A DNA stretch of 64,000 nucleotides from an uncultured Dehalococcoidia bacterium (GCA_951812625.1 CATOSP010000001.1:136065-200064); one strand, 5' to 3'. Positions 40,109-48,975 are shown, numbered from the stretch's first letter. Translations and numbers: made by a program. The notes: generated by a model from the sequence alone, not told the origin.

Positions 40109-40864
40109 ATGGGACGAATGGACGGAAAGGTCGCCCTGATTAGCGGCGGCGCAAGGGGACAGGGAGCCGCCGAAGCCAGGCTCTTCGCCAGTGAGGGCGC
40201 AAAGGTCGTCATCGGCGACCTGCTCGACGTGGAGGGAATGCGGGTCGCCGCCGAGATTGCCGAGTTGGGCGGCGATGCCATGTACGTCCATCTCGACGTC
40301 ACCAGCGAGGAGGACTGGCAGTCCGCCGTTGCCGCTGCCGTCTCCAGCTACGGCAAGTTGGACGTTCTGGTCAACAACGCGGGCATCTGGCGCAGGGGCC
40401 GGGTCGAGGACACCACCGTGGAAGACTGGGACGCCATCCAGAACGTCAACTCCAAGGGCGTCTTCCTGGGCACCAAGGCCGCCATCCCGGAGATGCGCAA
40501 CGCCGGTGGAGGCTCAATCATCAACATCTCCTCCACCGCCGGGCTGGTGGGCGGCCCCCGCAGCACCGCCTACACTGCCTCCAAGGGAGCGGTCCGGCTC
40601 TTCACCAAGGCAACCGCGATACAGTACGCCGGGGAGAGCATCCGCGCCAACTCAATTCACCCCGGCCCCATAGACACCGAGATGATCCACCAAGTCTGGC
40701 AGGGCGAGGACAATTCCAGGGAGGAGTCCATCGCCCGGACGCCTCTGGGCCGGGTAGGAACGGTGGACGACATAGCCTATGGCGTCCTGTTCCTGGCATC
40801 CGACGAGTCCTCCTTTATGACCGGAAGCGAGTTGGTAATCGACGGGGGCAGCACTGCGCAGTAG
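40109..40864 (+). CDS. SDR-family oxidoreductase
   Basis: SGGARGQGAA, NNAG, YTASKGA and PGPIDT motifs. Confidence 0.85.
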   Translation: MGRMDGKVALISGGARGQGAAEARLFASEGAKVVIGDLLDVEGMRVAAEIAELGGDAMYVHLDVTSEEDWQSAVAAAVSSYGKLDVLVNNAGIWRRGRVEDTTVEDWDAIQNVNSKGVFLGTKAAIPEMRNAGGGSIINISSTAGLVGGPRSTAYTASKGAVRLFTKATAIQYAGESIRANSIHPGPIDTEMIHQVWQGEDNSREESIARTPLGRVGTVDDIAYGVLFLASDESSFMTGSELVIDGGSTAQ

Positions 40865-40886
40865 TCGATAGCCGGTGGTTGTAGGT

Positions 40887-41381
40887 TCAGTCGCCGGGGA
40901 TATGTTCTCTCTTGTACACCCGGAACCCCCGCGCCCGGTAGTTGGGCAGGGCATGGGCATGGTCCAGGGACGAGGTGTGCAACCAGACCCGCGACGCACC
41001 CATGTCCCAGGCCCGTTGCACGGCGGAGGTCAGCATCGCCCCGCCCAGGCCGCGCCCCACGGACCGGGGCAGCAGGCCGAAGTAGACTACCTCCACGTTG
41101 CCGCCGTCCTGCATCTCAAGCTCGAAGAACCCGGCGACCTCTCCCTCGTCATACGCCAGCCACGTCTCCACGTTGGGTTGGGCCAGCCGCTCCAGCCATT
41201 GGGCATCCGTCCAGTTGCTGCGCTCGGTCCAGTTGTACTCTCCACCCACATCGGCATAGAGGGATCGGCTGAATCCGGCGTCCCTCGCATATCTCCGGCA
41301 GACCTTGACCACTGACGCAGAGGGCCGCAGTTCTTCACGGGAGTTCATCTCCAGGTAGGTTATGGTCTCCGCTAGGGGCAC
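40887..41381 (-). CDS. GNAT-family N-acetyltransferase
   Basis: Start set at GTG 41381 (after GGAG) to avoid overlapping the upstream gene; the ORF track extends to 41471. Acetyl-CoA motif LLPRSVGRGLGGAML. Confidence 0.65.
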   Translation of the reverse strand: MPLAETITYLEMNSREELRPSASVVKVCRRYARDAGFSRSLYADVGGEYNWTERSNWTDAQWLERLAQPNVETWLAYDEGEVAGFFELEMQDGGNVEVVYFGLLPRSVGRGLGGAMLTSAVQRAWDMGASRVWLHTSSLDHAHALPNYRARGFRVYKREHIPGD

Positions 41382-41428
41382 GGGGCATCTCCAACTGAGA
41401 AGTGGGTCCTTGGCGGTTGTGCCGGCCT

Positions 41429-41860
41429 CTAGCAACGCAGAGGGTCCGCGTCCCCAGTTTGGGCCCGCCATCCCGAGATGGCACAGCCCGGCTCCGGCTT
41501 CTCAGGGAACTCTCGGCAGCGGCTAGGACGGTCGGCATAGCTCCGGCAGGAATAGTCCTCCGGGTCCAGCATGGGACATCGGTCCCCCGGATGGTCGGTG
41601 AACCTCAACCACCCGCTCCCATCCGCATTGGCCGTGATGTGGGCCTCTACCCCCAGCCGGGCGGCGTTGGCTGTGAACCCCTCAACTTCACCCGGTGCAA
41701 GCCGCAAAATGATGGGGCCGCGGCAGCACATCGCGCGGCACTGCTCCATGCAAATCCGGCTGGCTGCCTCCGAGGTGAGGGTTATTTCCGGACGTTGGGA
41801 GTCTTGAGCATCTGACGTGGAGGCATCCCGTTCAAACGGGGCCATGTGGGCTGCGCTCAT
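41429..41860 (-). CDS. YkgJ-family cysteine-cluster protein
   Basis: CMEQCRAMCC and DRCPML...YSCRSYADRPSRCREFP. The ATG overlaps the upstream stop (ATGA). Confidence 0.65.
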   Translation of the reverse strand: MSAAHMAPFERDASTSDAQDSQRPEITLTSEAASRICMEQCRAMCCRGPIILRLAPGEVEGFTANAARLGVEAHITANADGSGWLRFTDHPGDRCPMLDPEDYSCRSYADRPSRCREFPEKPEPGCAISGWRAQTGDADPLRC

Positions 41861-42105
41861 AGTTTGAGGAAAAGGGCGATGAGGCCACCCACGATGGTAG
41901 CCCAGATGCCGCCTACCATTAAGAATAGAAGAATAATCCGGCTGTTAATTTCCGCCCGGTTTTGGACCATTTCTTGGCGAAGAGACTCCGTGGACTGCCG
42001 TGATTCTTCACGGAGTGACTGTACCGATTGGTGAAGATCGCTCAAACGGCGGTCAACCTGCTCATATGCGCCTTCCAGCCTGCTGACCCTTTCTTCCATC
42101 ACCAT
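41857..42105 (-). CDS. Small tail-anchored coiled-coil membrane protein (82 aa)
   Basis: ATG 42105 after GGGAGGG. A heptad-rich N-terminus is followed by a single C-terminal TM helix (IILLFLMVGGIWATIVGGLIALFL). Confidence 0.6.
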   Translation of the reverse strand: MVMEERVSRLEGAYEQVDRRLSDLHQSVQSLREESRQSTESLRQEMVQNRAEINSRIILLFLMVGGIWATIVGGLIALFLKL

Positions 42106-42137
42106 ATCGTTTGCCCTCCCGCATCCGGCTCGCCCCG

Positions 42138-42380
42138 CTATACCTGCCATGCCGAGCGGTAGTCCAGATCCGTGGCCCCGGTGCATAGTGGCAACTCCTG
42201 GGCATCTCCGGTCCTTCGCTGGTTCCGGCACCCGAAGTTGGCGGTGCAACGGTCGTTGGCATCGGCATAGGGGCAGCGCCAGGTCGAGACCTCGCTGGCG
42301 GTGTCATTGATGGACCGGAAAATGGCCTCCAGCCGGGCCATGCTCCGGCGGTAACGCTCTACGTCTATCTTCTGGTCCAC
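42138..42380 (-). CDS. Small four-cysteine protein (80 aa), unknown family
   Basis: GTG 42380, with an alternative ATG at 42342. Reads WRCPYADANDRCTANFGCRNQ...LCTG. It lies 100 nt downstream of the corrinoid protein gene on the same strand. Confidence 0.45.
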   Translation of the reverse strand: MDQKIDVERYRRSMARLEAIFRSINDTASEVSTWRCPYADANDRCTANFGCRNQRRTGDAQELPLCTGATDLDYRSAWQV

Positions 42381-42480
42381 TTGGAACGTCTCCCCATACC
42401 GACTTGCCGGACGGGGAGCGGCGGATGGGGTCCGTCCCCCGATGCGTCTGCGCAGCTTGAGGTGTCAGTTGAATTGCCGG

Positions 42481-43251
42481 TCAGGGCGTGGGCGCAGGGT
42501 TCATTGTAGCCTGCAGTTCTTTGGCCTCTTCCAGCAGGCGCGACGCCAGTTCCACGCAAGCCATCGCGTCCTTCCCGTAGCCGTCCGAACCCATGTCGTC
42601 GGCGAACTCCTGGCTCAACGGAGCGCCTCCCACCATTATCTTTACCTGGTCCCGCATCCCCATTTCTTCGAACGCTTCGATGGTCTTCCCCATGTTGGGC
42701 ATGGTCGTGGTCAGCAGGGCCGACATGCCCAGCAATTGCGCGTCGTGCTCCATCACCGCGTCAATGAACTCCTCCGGCTTGGTATCCACGCCCAGGTCAT
42801 GGACGGTGAACCCCGCTCCGCGCAGCATCATGATGCAGAGGTTCTTGCCGATGTCGTGAAGGTCGCCCTTCACCGTTCCCATAATCACCGTACCCAGCGG
42901 CTCGACTCCCGACGCCGACAGTATCGGTTCGACGTGGGTCATCCCGGCCTTCATGGCTCGGGCCGCCACCAGCACCTCTGGGACAAAGATGATGTTGTCC
43001 CGGAACTTGATGCCCACCAGGGCCATGCCTGCAATCAGGCCATCGTCCAGAATGGTGTTGGCATCGAACCCGGATTCCAGGGCTTCCACGGTCAGCCGGT
43101 CAACTTCGTTATGGTCTCCGACAATCAGGTGGTAGGAAATCCGCTGCATCAGTGGGTCGGCGTTCTCGAACAGGCCTCGTATATGACCCCTCTCGGAAGG
43201 GTTGGCAATCAGGGCCAGTTCGGACTCCAGACCTTCATTAACTTCAGGCAT
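42481..43251 (-). CDS. Corrinoid (B12-binding) methyl-carrier protein, MtaC/MtbC-like
   Basis: The N-terminal helical cap is followed by a Rossmann B12 domain with DxHxxG (GDLHDIGKN), SALLTTT and MVGGAP. Confidence 0.85.
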   Translation of the reverse strand: MPEVNEGLESELALIANPSERGHIRGLFENADPLMQRISYHLIVGDHNEVDRLTVEALESGFDANTILDDGLIAGMALVGIKFRDNIIFVPEVLVAARAMKAGMTHVEPILSASGVEPLGTVIMGTVKGDLHDIGKNLCIMMLRGAGFTVHDLGVDTKPEEFIDAVMEHDAQLLGMSALLTTTMPNMGKTIEAFEEMGMRDQVKIMVGGAPLSQEFADDMGSDGYGKDAMACVELASRLLEEAKELQATMNPAPTP

Positions 43252-43412
43252 TCACCAAGTCTCTACTAAAGTAATTCCCGCTCTGATCAAACTGCGACGG
43301 GCATCACGGTCGCATCGCTGGAATTCTAACAGGCGCAACGCAGCCGCCTCAACAACCGTGACAGCCTCCCAAGCTCTCAGTAGTCTCTCCCTGAGGCCAG
43401 TCCCCCTCGACC

Positions 43413-43436
43413 GTCATTCCCACGAAGGCGGGAATC
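43413..43436. repeat. Short GTCATTCCC..GGGAATC hairpin (REP-like, type B)
   Basis: GTCATTCCCACGAAGGCGGGAATC is related to the longer copies at 60338-60382 and 61055-61102. Confidence 0.6.
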
Positions 43437-43519
43437 TACACGCACCGGGTACGAGGGATGTGACTCTGCAATGGCCCCAGTGGCTGCCCGGTGTTCTTCG
43501 GATTCAGTCCGTTTAGGGT

Positions 43520-44563
43520 TTACCCCCCGCCCTGCCTCTCGGCGCACCACGCCCTGACCGCGCGGGGAATCTCCATCAGGTTCTCCAGTTTGGTTGCCAG
43601 AGGCACGGCACACTCCGGGGCCACCATCTGCACCCCGGCGTCCAGGCATCGGAACACCTCATCGCGCACCTCCTCGGGACCGCGGGCATAGAGCGTCTGC
43701 GGGTTATTGATGTTGCCCACCAGTCCAATCCTGCCCGACACTGTATCCATCGCCGCCTGCGGGTCGTTCTTGGAATCAAAGTGGAACGATGCCATCCCTG
43801 TCTGCGCGATGTAGTCCATCCGGTCCAGGGTATTCCCGCAGATGTGCAGGATCAGGGGCACACGCAGCCGCTCCGCCATCTCCTGGTGAATATCAAGGAG
43901 GAACCGCCGGTAATAGTCCCCGCTCACCAGGTCCCCGGTGGCATGGTCCGGAAAGGTCAGCGCATCGGCCCCCGCTGCAATCTGGGCCTCCCCGAACAGC
44001 ACGGAAATCTCCTTGAGTTGGTTGAGACACCGCATCACCATGTCCGGGTCGTCGACTGTCATTATGAGGAAGCGCTCCACCCCGAAGACATGGTAGGCCA
44101 GGGTCCACGGCCCCATGGTCTTGCCGATGACCGCCACCCGGTCCCCGAACTCCGCCTTGAGCATCTCTATCGACTTGATGATGGTCTGGTTGTCGGGATG
44201 CTCCAGGAACCCCGATGGTATGTGCACATCCTCAGGCCCGCTCCAGATGGGGTTCTGCATCCGCACCGTGGGCCAGTTGTCCTTGTCCTCCCACTGCATC
44301 TCGCAGCCCAGTGCCGACGACTCCTGGATGATGGTGAAGTAGGGCATCACCGAGTCGAACCCAAGCTCGGTATGCCCCGTGGCCGCCAGCCGCGCCGCCA
44401 GCTCCGGGTCGCGGCAGGCCTGGGGAAAGGGCGCATCCACCAGGTCCATCAACTCCACCGTGGCCACGTTGGTGGGGTTCGCCACCGGAGGACGGTCCAC
44501 CGGCTTCATGGCCAGAGCATTCATAACCCGCTCCCGCGGAGTCATAGTTTCAGCAAAAGGCAT
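43520..44563 (-). CDS. Uroporphyrinogen-decarboxylase-family methyltransferase (MtaA/CmuA-like, methylcobamide-dependent)
   Basis: ATG 44563 after AGGAGG. UroD-fold length, with candidate Zn ligands in ILHICGN and APECAV. Confidence 0.75.
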   Translation of the reverse strand: MPFAETMTPRERVMNALAMKPVDRPPVANPTNVATVELMDLVDAPFPQACRDPELAARLAATGHTELGFDSVMPYFTIIQESSALGCEMQWEDKDNWPTVRMQNPIWSGPEDVHIPSGFLEHPDNQTIIKSIEMLKAEFGDRVAVIGKTMGPWTLAYHVFGVERFLIMTVDDPDMVMRCLNQLKEISVLFGEAQIAAGADALTFPDHATGDLVSGDYYRRFLLDIHQEMAERLRVPLILHICGNTLDRMDYIAQTGMASFHFDSKNDPQAAMDTVSGRIGLVGNINNPQTLYARGPEEVRDEVFRCLDAGVQMVAPECAVPLATKLENLMEIPRAVRAWCAERQGGG

Positions 44564-44579
44564 GATCAGCGCCTCCTGA

Positions 44580-44909
44580 CTATGGTTCGGCGTCAATGCG
44601 GACAACCTGCCCGCGCTGTACAGTCTCCAATGCACTCAGGATTCTTGGGACCAACGGCGCCAAATCCCTGATGCTGTTGGTCTTTGCCGCCAACACGACT
44701 ACCGCAACATCGGCTTCCGTTATGTCCTGGTCTCTGGGTATATCCTGGTCACAGGTTATCAAGGCGTCGAAGTCATCCCGGGCCCGATCAAGCATTTGGT
44801 CATCGGGCAAGCTGTCCCAGCTTAGATATCCGGAAGAAATAACCTCGTGGTATTGCAGCAAATAGGGCCGAAGGTCCCAGGTAATGTTCTTATCGAGCAG
44901 CAGGCGCAC
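44580..44909 (-). CDS. DUF5615-type PIN-like protein (putative toxin)
   Basis: 109 aa. MRLLLDKNI..., ALITCDQDI and VVVLAAKT fit the DUF5615/Mut7-C-like pattern. It overlaps the upstream DUF433 gene by 20 nt. Confidence 0.6.
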   Translation of the reverse strand: MRLLLDKNITWDLRPYLLQYHEVISSGYLSWDSLPDDQMLDRARDDFDALITCDQDIPRDQDITEADVAVVVLAAKTNSIRDLAPLVPRILSALETVQRGQVVRIDAEP

Positions 44910-45903
44910 AAGCCTCTCTCTCCAGGACCTCCCGCGCCAACCGCAAAATCGCCATCAACTGCTCTCTGCCTGCTCCAGAGAAGTTGTAGGAAAAGTCCTT
45001 CAAAGTGCAGGCATCCGCCAGATAGTCGAACAATATCCTTATCGGGAGACGAGTGCCCACGAACCTGGGTGCGCCGCTCACGTATCTGCGGTCGCTGCTT
45101 ACAACGCCGTTAGGCACTTCCCGATAGGCGTCCATCTCCAGAATTCTCCCGGATGTAACTATGGCATCATAAGTATCTTCCCGGAACACCGATGGATAGT
45201 CCCAATGGAAATCCTTCAGGCTTTTCACGTCGGCCAGGTAGTCAAACATGCGCTTCACCGGCACATCCGACCTCTGAAACACCAACGCGCCATTCGCAAT
45301 CTTCCGGTCGCGCTGTGTGATGCGCTGCGTCGTCTCCCGGGCTTGTCTCTCAATCTCGGCCAACGCCTGCTCCATGCTTACGGACGGGAATTTGTGCAGG
45401 AAGCCATACAGGTTCCAGTCCTCGTGCATGTAAATATGCAGTTCCTTGACGGGCACCTGCGTCCCGTTGAAGAGGGGCGTACCGCCCGAGATTTGCTGGC
45501 CTCCATTCACAACATCACCTATGGCCGCATTTCCTTCAATCAACTCCCACTCGTGTTCGATGTGCTTGGTGAAATTGTAGCCCGTTCCGCCACTCTTAAC
45601 ATCGGTCAGATATTGCGACGACTCGCTCGAGATCTCCAAGTCAATCATGTCCTTGTCCAGACGCTTCCTGAACACCCTAGCCGGTTCAGTAAATGTGTTT
45701 GCCTCGATTCTTAACCAAATAAGACCTTCTTGCCTCTCTTTGACAAGAAGCAAGTGCAGATCGTCTTTGAACTTCCTGGGGGTTACATTAAGCCACCAGA
45801 CGGCTTTCGAGGCATTTAAGTTCGCAAAGCTCGTATTCCGCCCATCCAACAACTTATGTCCCAAATGCTCATTGACTGTTGCTATCGCCGATTGTTTATC
45901 CAT
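44890..45903 (-). CDS. Protein with an unknown N-terminal domain plus three tandem DUF433-like repeats (putative antitoxin/regulator)
   Basis: 337 aa. The repeats are GGTPLFNGTQVPVKELHIYMHEDWNLYGFLHKFPSVSMEQA, NGALVFQRSDVPVKRMFDYLADVKSLKDFHWDYPSVFREDT and SGAPRFVGTRLPIRILFDYLADACTLKDFSYNFSGAGREQL. The gene has visibly lower GC than its neighbours. Confidence 0.65.
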   Translation of the reverse strand: MDKQSAIATVNEHLGHKLLDGRNTSFANLNASKAVWWLNVTPRKFKDDLHLLLVKERQEGLIWLRIEANTFTEPARVFRKRLDKDMIDLEISSESSQYLTDVKSGGTGYNFTKHIEHEWELIEGNAAIGDVVNGGQQISGGTPLFNGTQVPVKELHIYMHEDWNLYGFLHKFPSVSMEQALAEIERQARETTQRITQRDRKIANGALVFQRSDVPVKRMFDYLADVKSLKDFHWDYPSVFREDTYDAIVTSGRILEMDAYREVPNGVVSSDRRYVSGAPRFVGTRLPIRILFDYLADACTLKDFSYNFSGAGREQLMAILRLAREVLEREACAPAAR

Positions 45904-45914
45904 GTTACTTCCAC

Positions 45915-46583
45915 CTACGTCGGCGTAAACCCCAGCGTCCCCGTAGTCATCTGCCCCCGGAGGGCCTCCGCCTCCAGCATACTCTCCACGCTGCTCACGT
46001 TGCGCGAGTAGGGGAGCAGCAACCGCACCAGCCCATCGTGTCGCTGCCCGCAGGGAAACACCACCGAGGTATCTCCCTCCCGGTCCATCTCCCCATACCG
46101 CAGGAACCCCGCCACGATCATCCGCAGCCGAGCCGGAACGTTCGGCGCGTCCCCCTCGGCTGACACGTTGTAAACGTACCTATTCCCCGCCTCTTCACCC
46201 ATCACCACTATCGTCAGCCTCGTGCGGGTGTCCCGGATGGACATCTCGCCCTCGGGCGGCAGGTAGTCAGGACTCTTCCCCACCGCCTGGGCCACCAGGA
46301 ACTTGATCAAGCGCTGGTGGACGTACCCGCATGGGAACACCACCTGGTGATCCGTGCCGTCCACGGGAGCCAGCCCGCCGAGAGCCACCAGCTGGTCTCT
46401 GACCGTCCTCAGCCTGTCCCGGACACCCGGTTTGCCGCTGAAGCTCCACACCGTGAACACTCCGTCCCTGGCGTACAGGCCAACGCTGATCCCCTCGAAA
46501 TGGGCGTCCATCGGCACCAGTTCCACGCAGGCGCCGTACCGTTCCAGCACTTCCGAAACTCGCATTGCCGGGCCTGTAGTCAT
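45915..46583 (-). CDS. Hypothetical protein with an internal duplication (VVFPCG repeats)
   Basis: ATG 46583 after GGAG, or ATG 46565. Two halves of about 85 aa end in HQVVFPCGYVHQRLIKFLV and TSVVFPCGQRHDGLVRLLL. Confidence 0.55.
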   Translation of the reverse strand: MTTGPAMRVSEVLERYGACVELVPMDAHFEGISVGLYARDGVFTVWSFSGKPGVRDRLRTVRDQLVALGGLAPVDGTDHQVVFPCGYVHQRLIKFLVAQAVGKSPDYLPPEGEMSIRDTRTRLTIVVMGEEAGNRYVYNVSAEGDAPNVPARLRMIVAGFLRYGEMDREGDTSVVFPCGQRHDGLVRLLLPYSRNVSSVESMLEAEALRGQMTTGTLGFTPT

Positions 46584-46683
46584 ATCAACGCGACTCCATT
46601 CGGTGACTACTGCAAATCTGACCGGATAACCTGAAGGAAGAGATGTCCATTGGGTCGCTCGGTGACAAGGGATCCGTAGAAAG

Positions 46684-47601
46684 TCAGCCGGAACCGGGGG
46701 ATACGCCGTGCGCCCCGACCGCCGCCACCAGCGCCCGGACGTGGTCCGGCCCGGTGCCGCAGCATCCACCAAGGATGTTGATCCCCAGGTCCGCCAAAGC
46801 CTTGAACCGCTCCGCCATGTATTCTGGCGACTCAGGGTACACAATCACGCCGCCCTGGTAGGCTGGGATACCCGCATTGGAGTGGACCAGCAGCGGCCCG
46901 TCCGTCGCCTCCCGCATCTCCCGCGCCAGTTCCACCATCACGTCGATCCCGTTGCCGCAGTTCGCCCCCGTAACGTCCGCTCCGGATGCAGCCAATTCCT
47001 TGACCGCCCGCTCCGGTGTTACCCCCATCATCGTGAAGAACCCTCGCGGCCCCCGGTCAAACACCATCGTGGCCATCACCGCCAGCTTCGTGTGGCTCTT
47101 CGCCGCCTCGACCGCCAGTGCCGCTTCCTCAACCGCCGACATGGTCTCGATAACCACCGCGTCCGCGCCACCCTCCTCCAACGCCACAACCTGTTCCGCG
47201 AAAGCGTCCAGCATCTCCTCCCGGCTCACCGGCCCCAGCGGTTCCAGGAACTCTCCCGTGGGACCCACCGACCCGACAACGAATTGCCCCGGTCCGGCCT
47301 GGCTGCGGGCATACTGCGCTGCCAGCCGGTTGAATTCCGCCACCTTGCCTTCATGACCGTACTTCTTCAGCATGAACCTGTTCGCGCCGAAGGAGTTGGT
47401 CAGCGCCATATCGGAACCGGCGCCAAAGTAGGCCGCTGCCATCCCTCTGACCACGTCAGGGTGGCTGGAATTGAACTCCTCCGGGCACGCCCCCGGCTCC
47501 AGACCGTGGCCCTGGAGATACGTCCCGGTTGCGCCGTCGGAAATCAGCAATTCCCCGGCGGCGATCCTGTCCAGCAGCGACGATGCGTTCCCAGTGATCA
47601 T
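46684..47601 (-). CDS. Homocysteine S-methyltransferase-domain protein (MetH N-terminal/BHMT-like)
   Basis: DGATGT, TNSFGANRF, GANCG and GGCCGTGPDHV (zinc-binding cysteines). Confidence 0.85.
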   Translation of the reverse strand: MITGNASSLLDRIAAGELLISDGATGTYLQGHGLEPGACPEEFNSSHPDVVRGMAAAYFGAGSDMALTNSFGANRFMLKKYGHEGKVAEFNRLAAQYARSQAGPGQFVVGSVGPTGEFLEPLGPVSREEMLDAFAEQVVALEEGGADAVVIETMSAVEEAALAVEAAKSHTKLAVMATMVFDRGPRGFFTMMGVTPERAVKELAASGADVTGANCGNGIDVMVELAREMREATDGPLLVHSNAGIPAYQGGVIVYPESPEYMAERFKALADLGINILGGCCGTGPDHVRALVAAVGAHGVSPGSG

Positions 47602-47939
47602 GACTCACACCAATGGTCTGCCGCGCCGGGCCTTGGGTCCCGGCCGCCCGAGCCAATCAGGCCGCGTATCCGGGCAACGAAGTCCTGTGGAAATCCGTCG
47701 TTGTAGCGCGCGGCGATCCGGTTCGCCGCATCCTCCGCCGACCCATCTTCCTCCACGAAAGCTCCCCACTCCCAGGCTTCAAGGTAAGCATCGGTGCCCT
47801 GGCTGCCATCAAGCATGGCTATGGCGTCAACCCCCTGCTGGAACCGGCCGTCCAGCTGCCGGGAGACCGTTCCAGCGTCACTCTGTACCTGCACCTGTAC
47901 CGGGATTTCCTTCCAGTACAGCACCCTCGCTTTGACCAA
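47598..47939 (-). CDS. Small conserved protein, 'virulence factor' family-like (function unknown)
   Basis: 113 aa with an N-terminal VLYWKEIPVQVQ motif. It overlaps the homocysteine methyltransferase start by 4 nt. The family call is from memory and low certainty. Confidence 0.5.
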   Translation of the reverse strand: MVKARVLYWKEIPVQVQVQSDAGTVSRQLDGRFQQGVDAIAMLDGSQGTDAYLEAWEWGAFVEEDGSAEDAANRIAARYNDGFPQDFVARIRGLIGSGGRDPRPGAADHWCES

Positions 47940-48183
47940 CTTCAGCCCAACTCAACCAGCGTTGCCACGTGCGCTAACCCGCAACCGGACCCCAGGCCAT
48001 GGGAAGAAAGTACGGTCAAGATACCCCAAATGCCCTGACGTGAAAAGTACGCTCGTCCTGTCTGGGCTGTCCGCCGCGTCGCCTGCGGAAGGCCACTACC
48101 TCGCTTGACTCCCCGTATCCCCTAAAATATACTTCCCTTCGGCCATTTTCAGGTCAATATCCCGATCGAATCGAGGTAACTTC

Positions 48184-48816
48184 ATGCCAATGGACCGGTT
48201 TATCAAACCCCTTGCAATCCTTCTGGCGATAGGAATGTTCTCGGCGATTCTTGCCGCATGTGCCGGCCCCCAGGGAGCACAGGGCGCTCAGGGTATACCC
48301 GGACTTCCCGGAAATCCGGGCTTGTCGGGCGAGCCTGGCAAGCCGGGAAAACCCGGTCTCCCGGGCCTTCAGGGCGTGCCCGGCAACCCCGGACCACAGG
48401 GAGAACAGGGACCTCAGGGCCCACAGGGTGAACCAGGCCCCCAGGGCGAGCCGGGCGAGGTCGGCCCTCCGGGTTCGTCCCATCCCACATCGATCACCCT
48501 GATACCTCCTCAAGCCGAGGAAGGCCGCCCCACCATCAAGGTTGTGGGGGCAGGCTGGCAACCCGACGAGGCTGTGACCGTGGAAGTCTACGGCCCCGAC
48601 GGATACCGCGTCTTCATCGGCGGTGCAGTCGCCGATGAGTCCCGTGCCTTCGAGGTCGACATACGGCCCCGAAGCAACGTAAGGGAAGGCGGCCCCTTCA
48701 AGCCCGGCCTCTACAGCGTCGTAGTCCTGGGCAGTAAGGAGGGCGGAGCAAGTGCGCCCCTCCTGATAACCGAACCGCCTCCTGAGCCAGAGGCCACGCC
48801 CGAAGCCTCCTCCTAG
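48184..48816 (+). CDS. Collagen-like triple-helix-repeat lipoprotein
   Basis: Signal peptide with lipobox ILAAC, then 23 uninterrupted G-X-Y triplets (48265-48471), then a C-terminal domain of about 110 aa. Confidence 0.85.
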   Translation: MPMDRFIKPLAILLAIGMFSAILAACAGPQGAQGAQGIPGLPGNPGLSGEPGKPGKPGLPGLQGVPGNPGPQGEQGPQGPQGEPGPQGEPGEVGPPGSSHPTSITLIPPQAEEGRPTIKVVGAGWQPDEAVTVEVYGPDGYRVFIGGAVADESRAFEVDIRPRSNVREGGPFKPGLYSVVVLGSKEGGASAPLLITEPPPEPEATPEASS

Positions 48817-48883
48817 CAGGAACGCCCAGCCACACAGCAGGGCATCGCCGCTGACGCCACGGCAGCGAGTCCCACCGACCAGA

Positions 48884-48926
48884 ATGCAAACCGGCGCAGT
48901 GTTCGACACTGCGCCGGTTTGCATTT
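48884..48926 (+). terminator. Perfect 18-bp hairpin downstream of the collagen-like gene
   Basis: ATGCAAACCGGCGCAGTG-ttcga-CACTGCGCCGGTTTGCAT followed by TT. Confidence 0.6.
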
Positions 48927-48975
48927 CACGACCGTCAATCCCCCCAACCGTCGAGAGCCACTGACTCAAAGAGGG

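Noticed and set aside
48154-48969. 271-aa minus-strand ORF
   Set aside because: It is antisense to the collagen-like gene. Its Gly/Arg/Leu repeats are just the reverse reading of the GXY-coding repeats.
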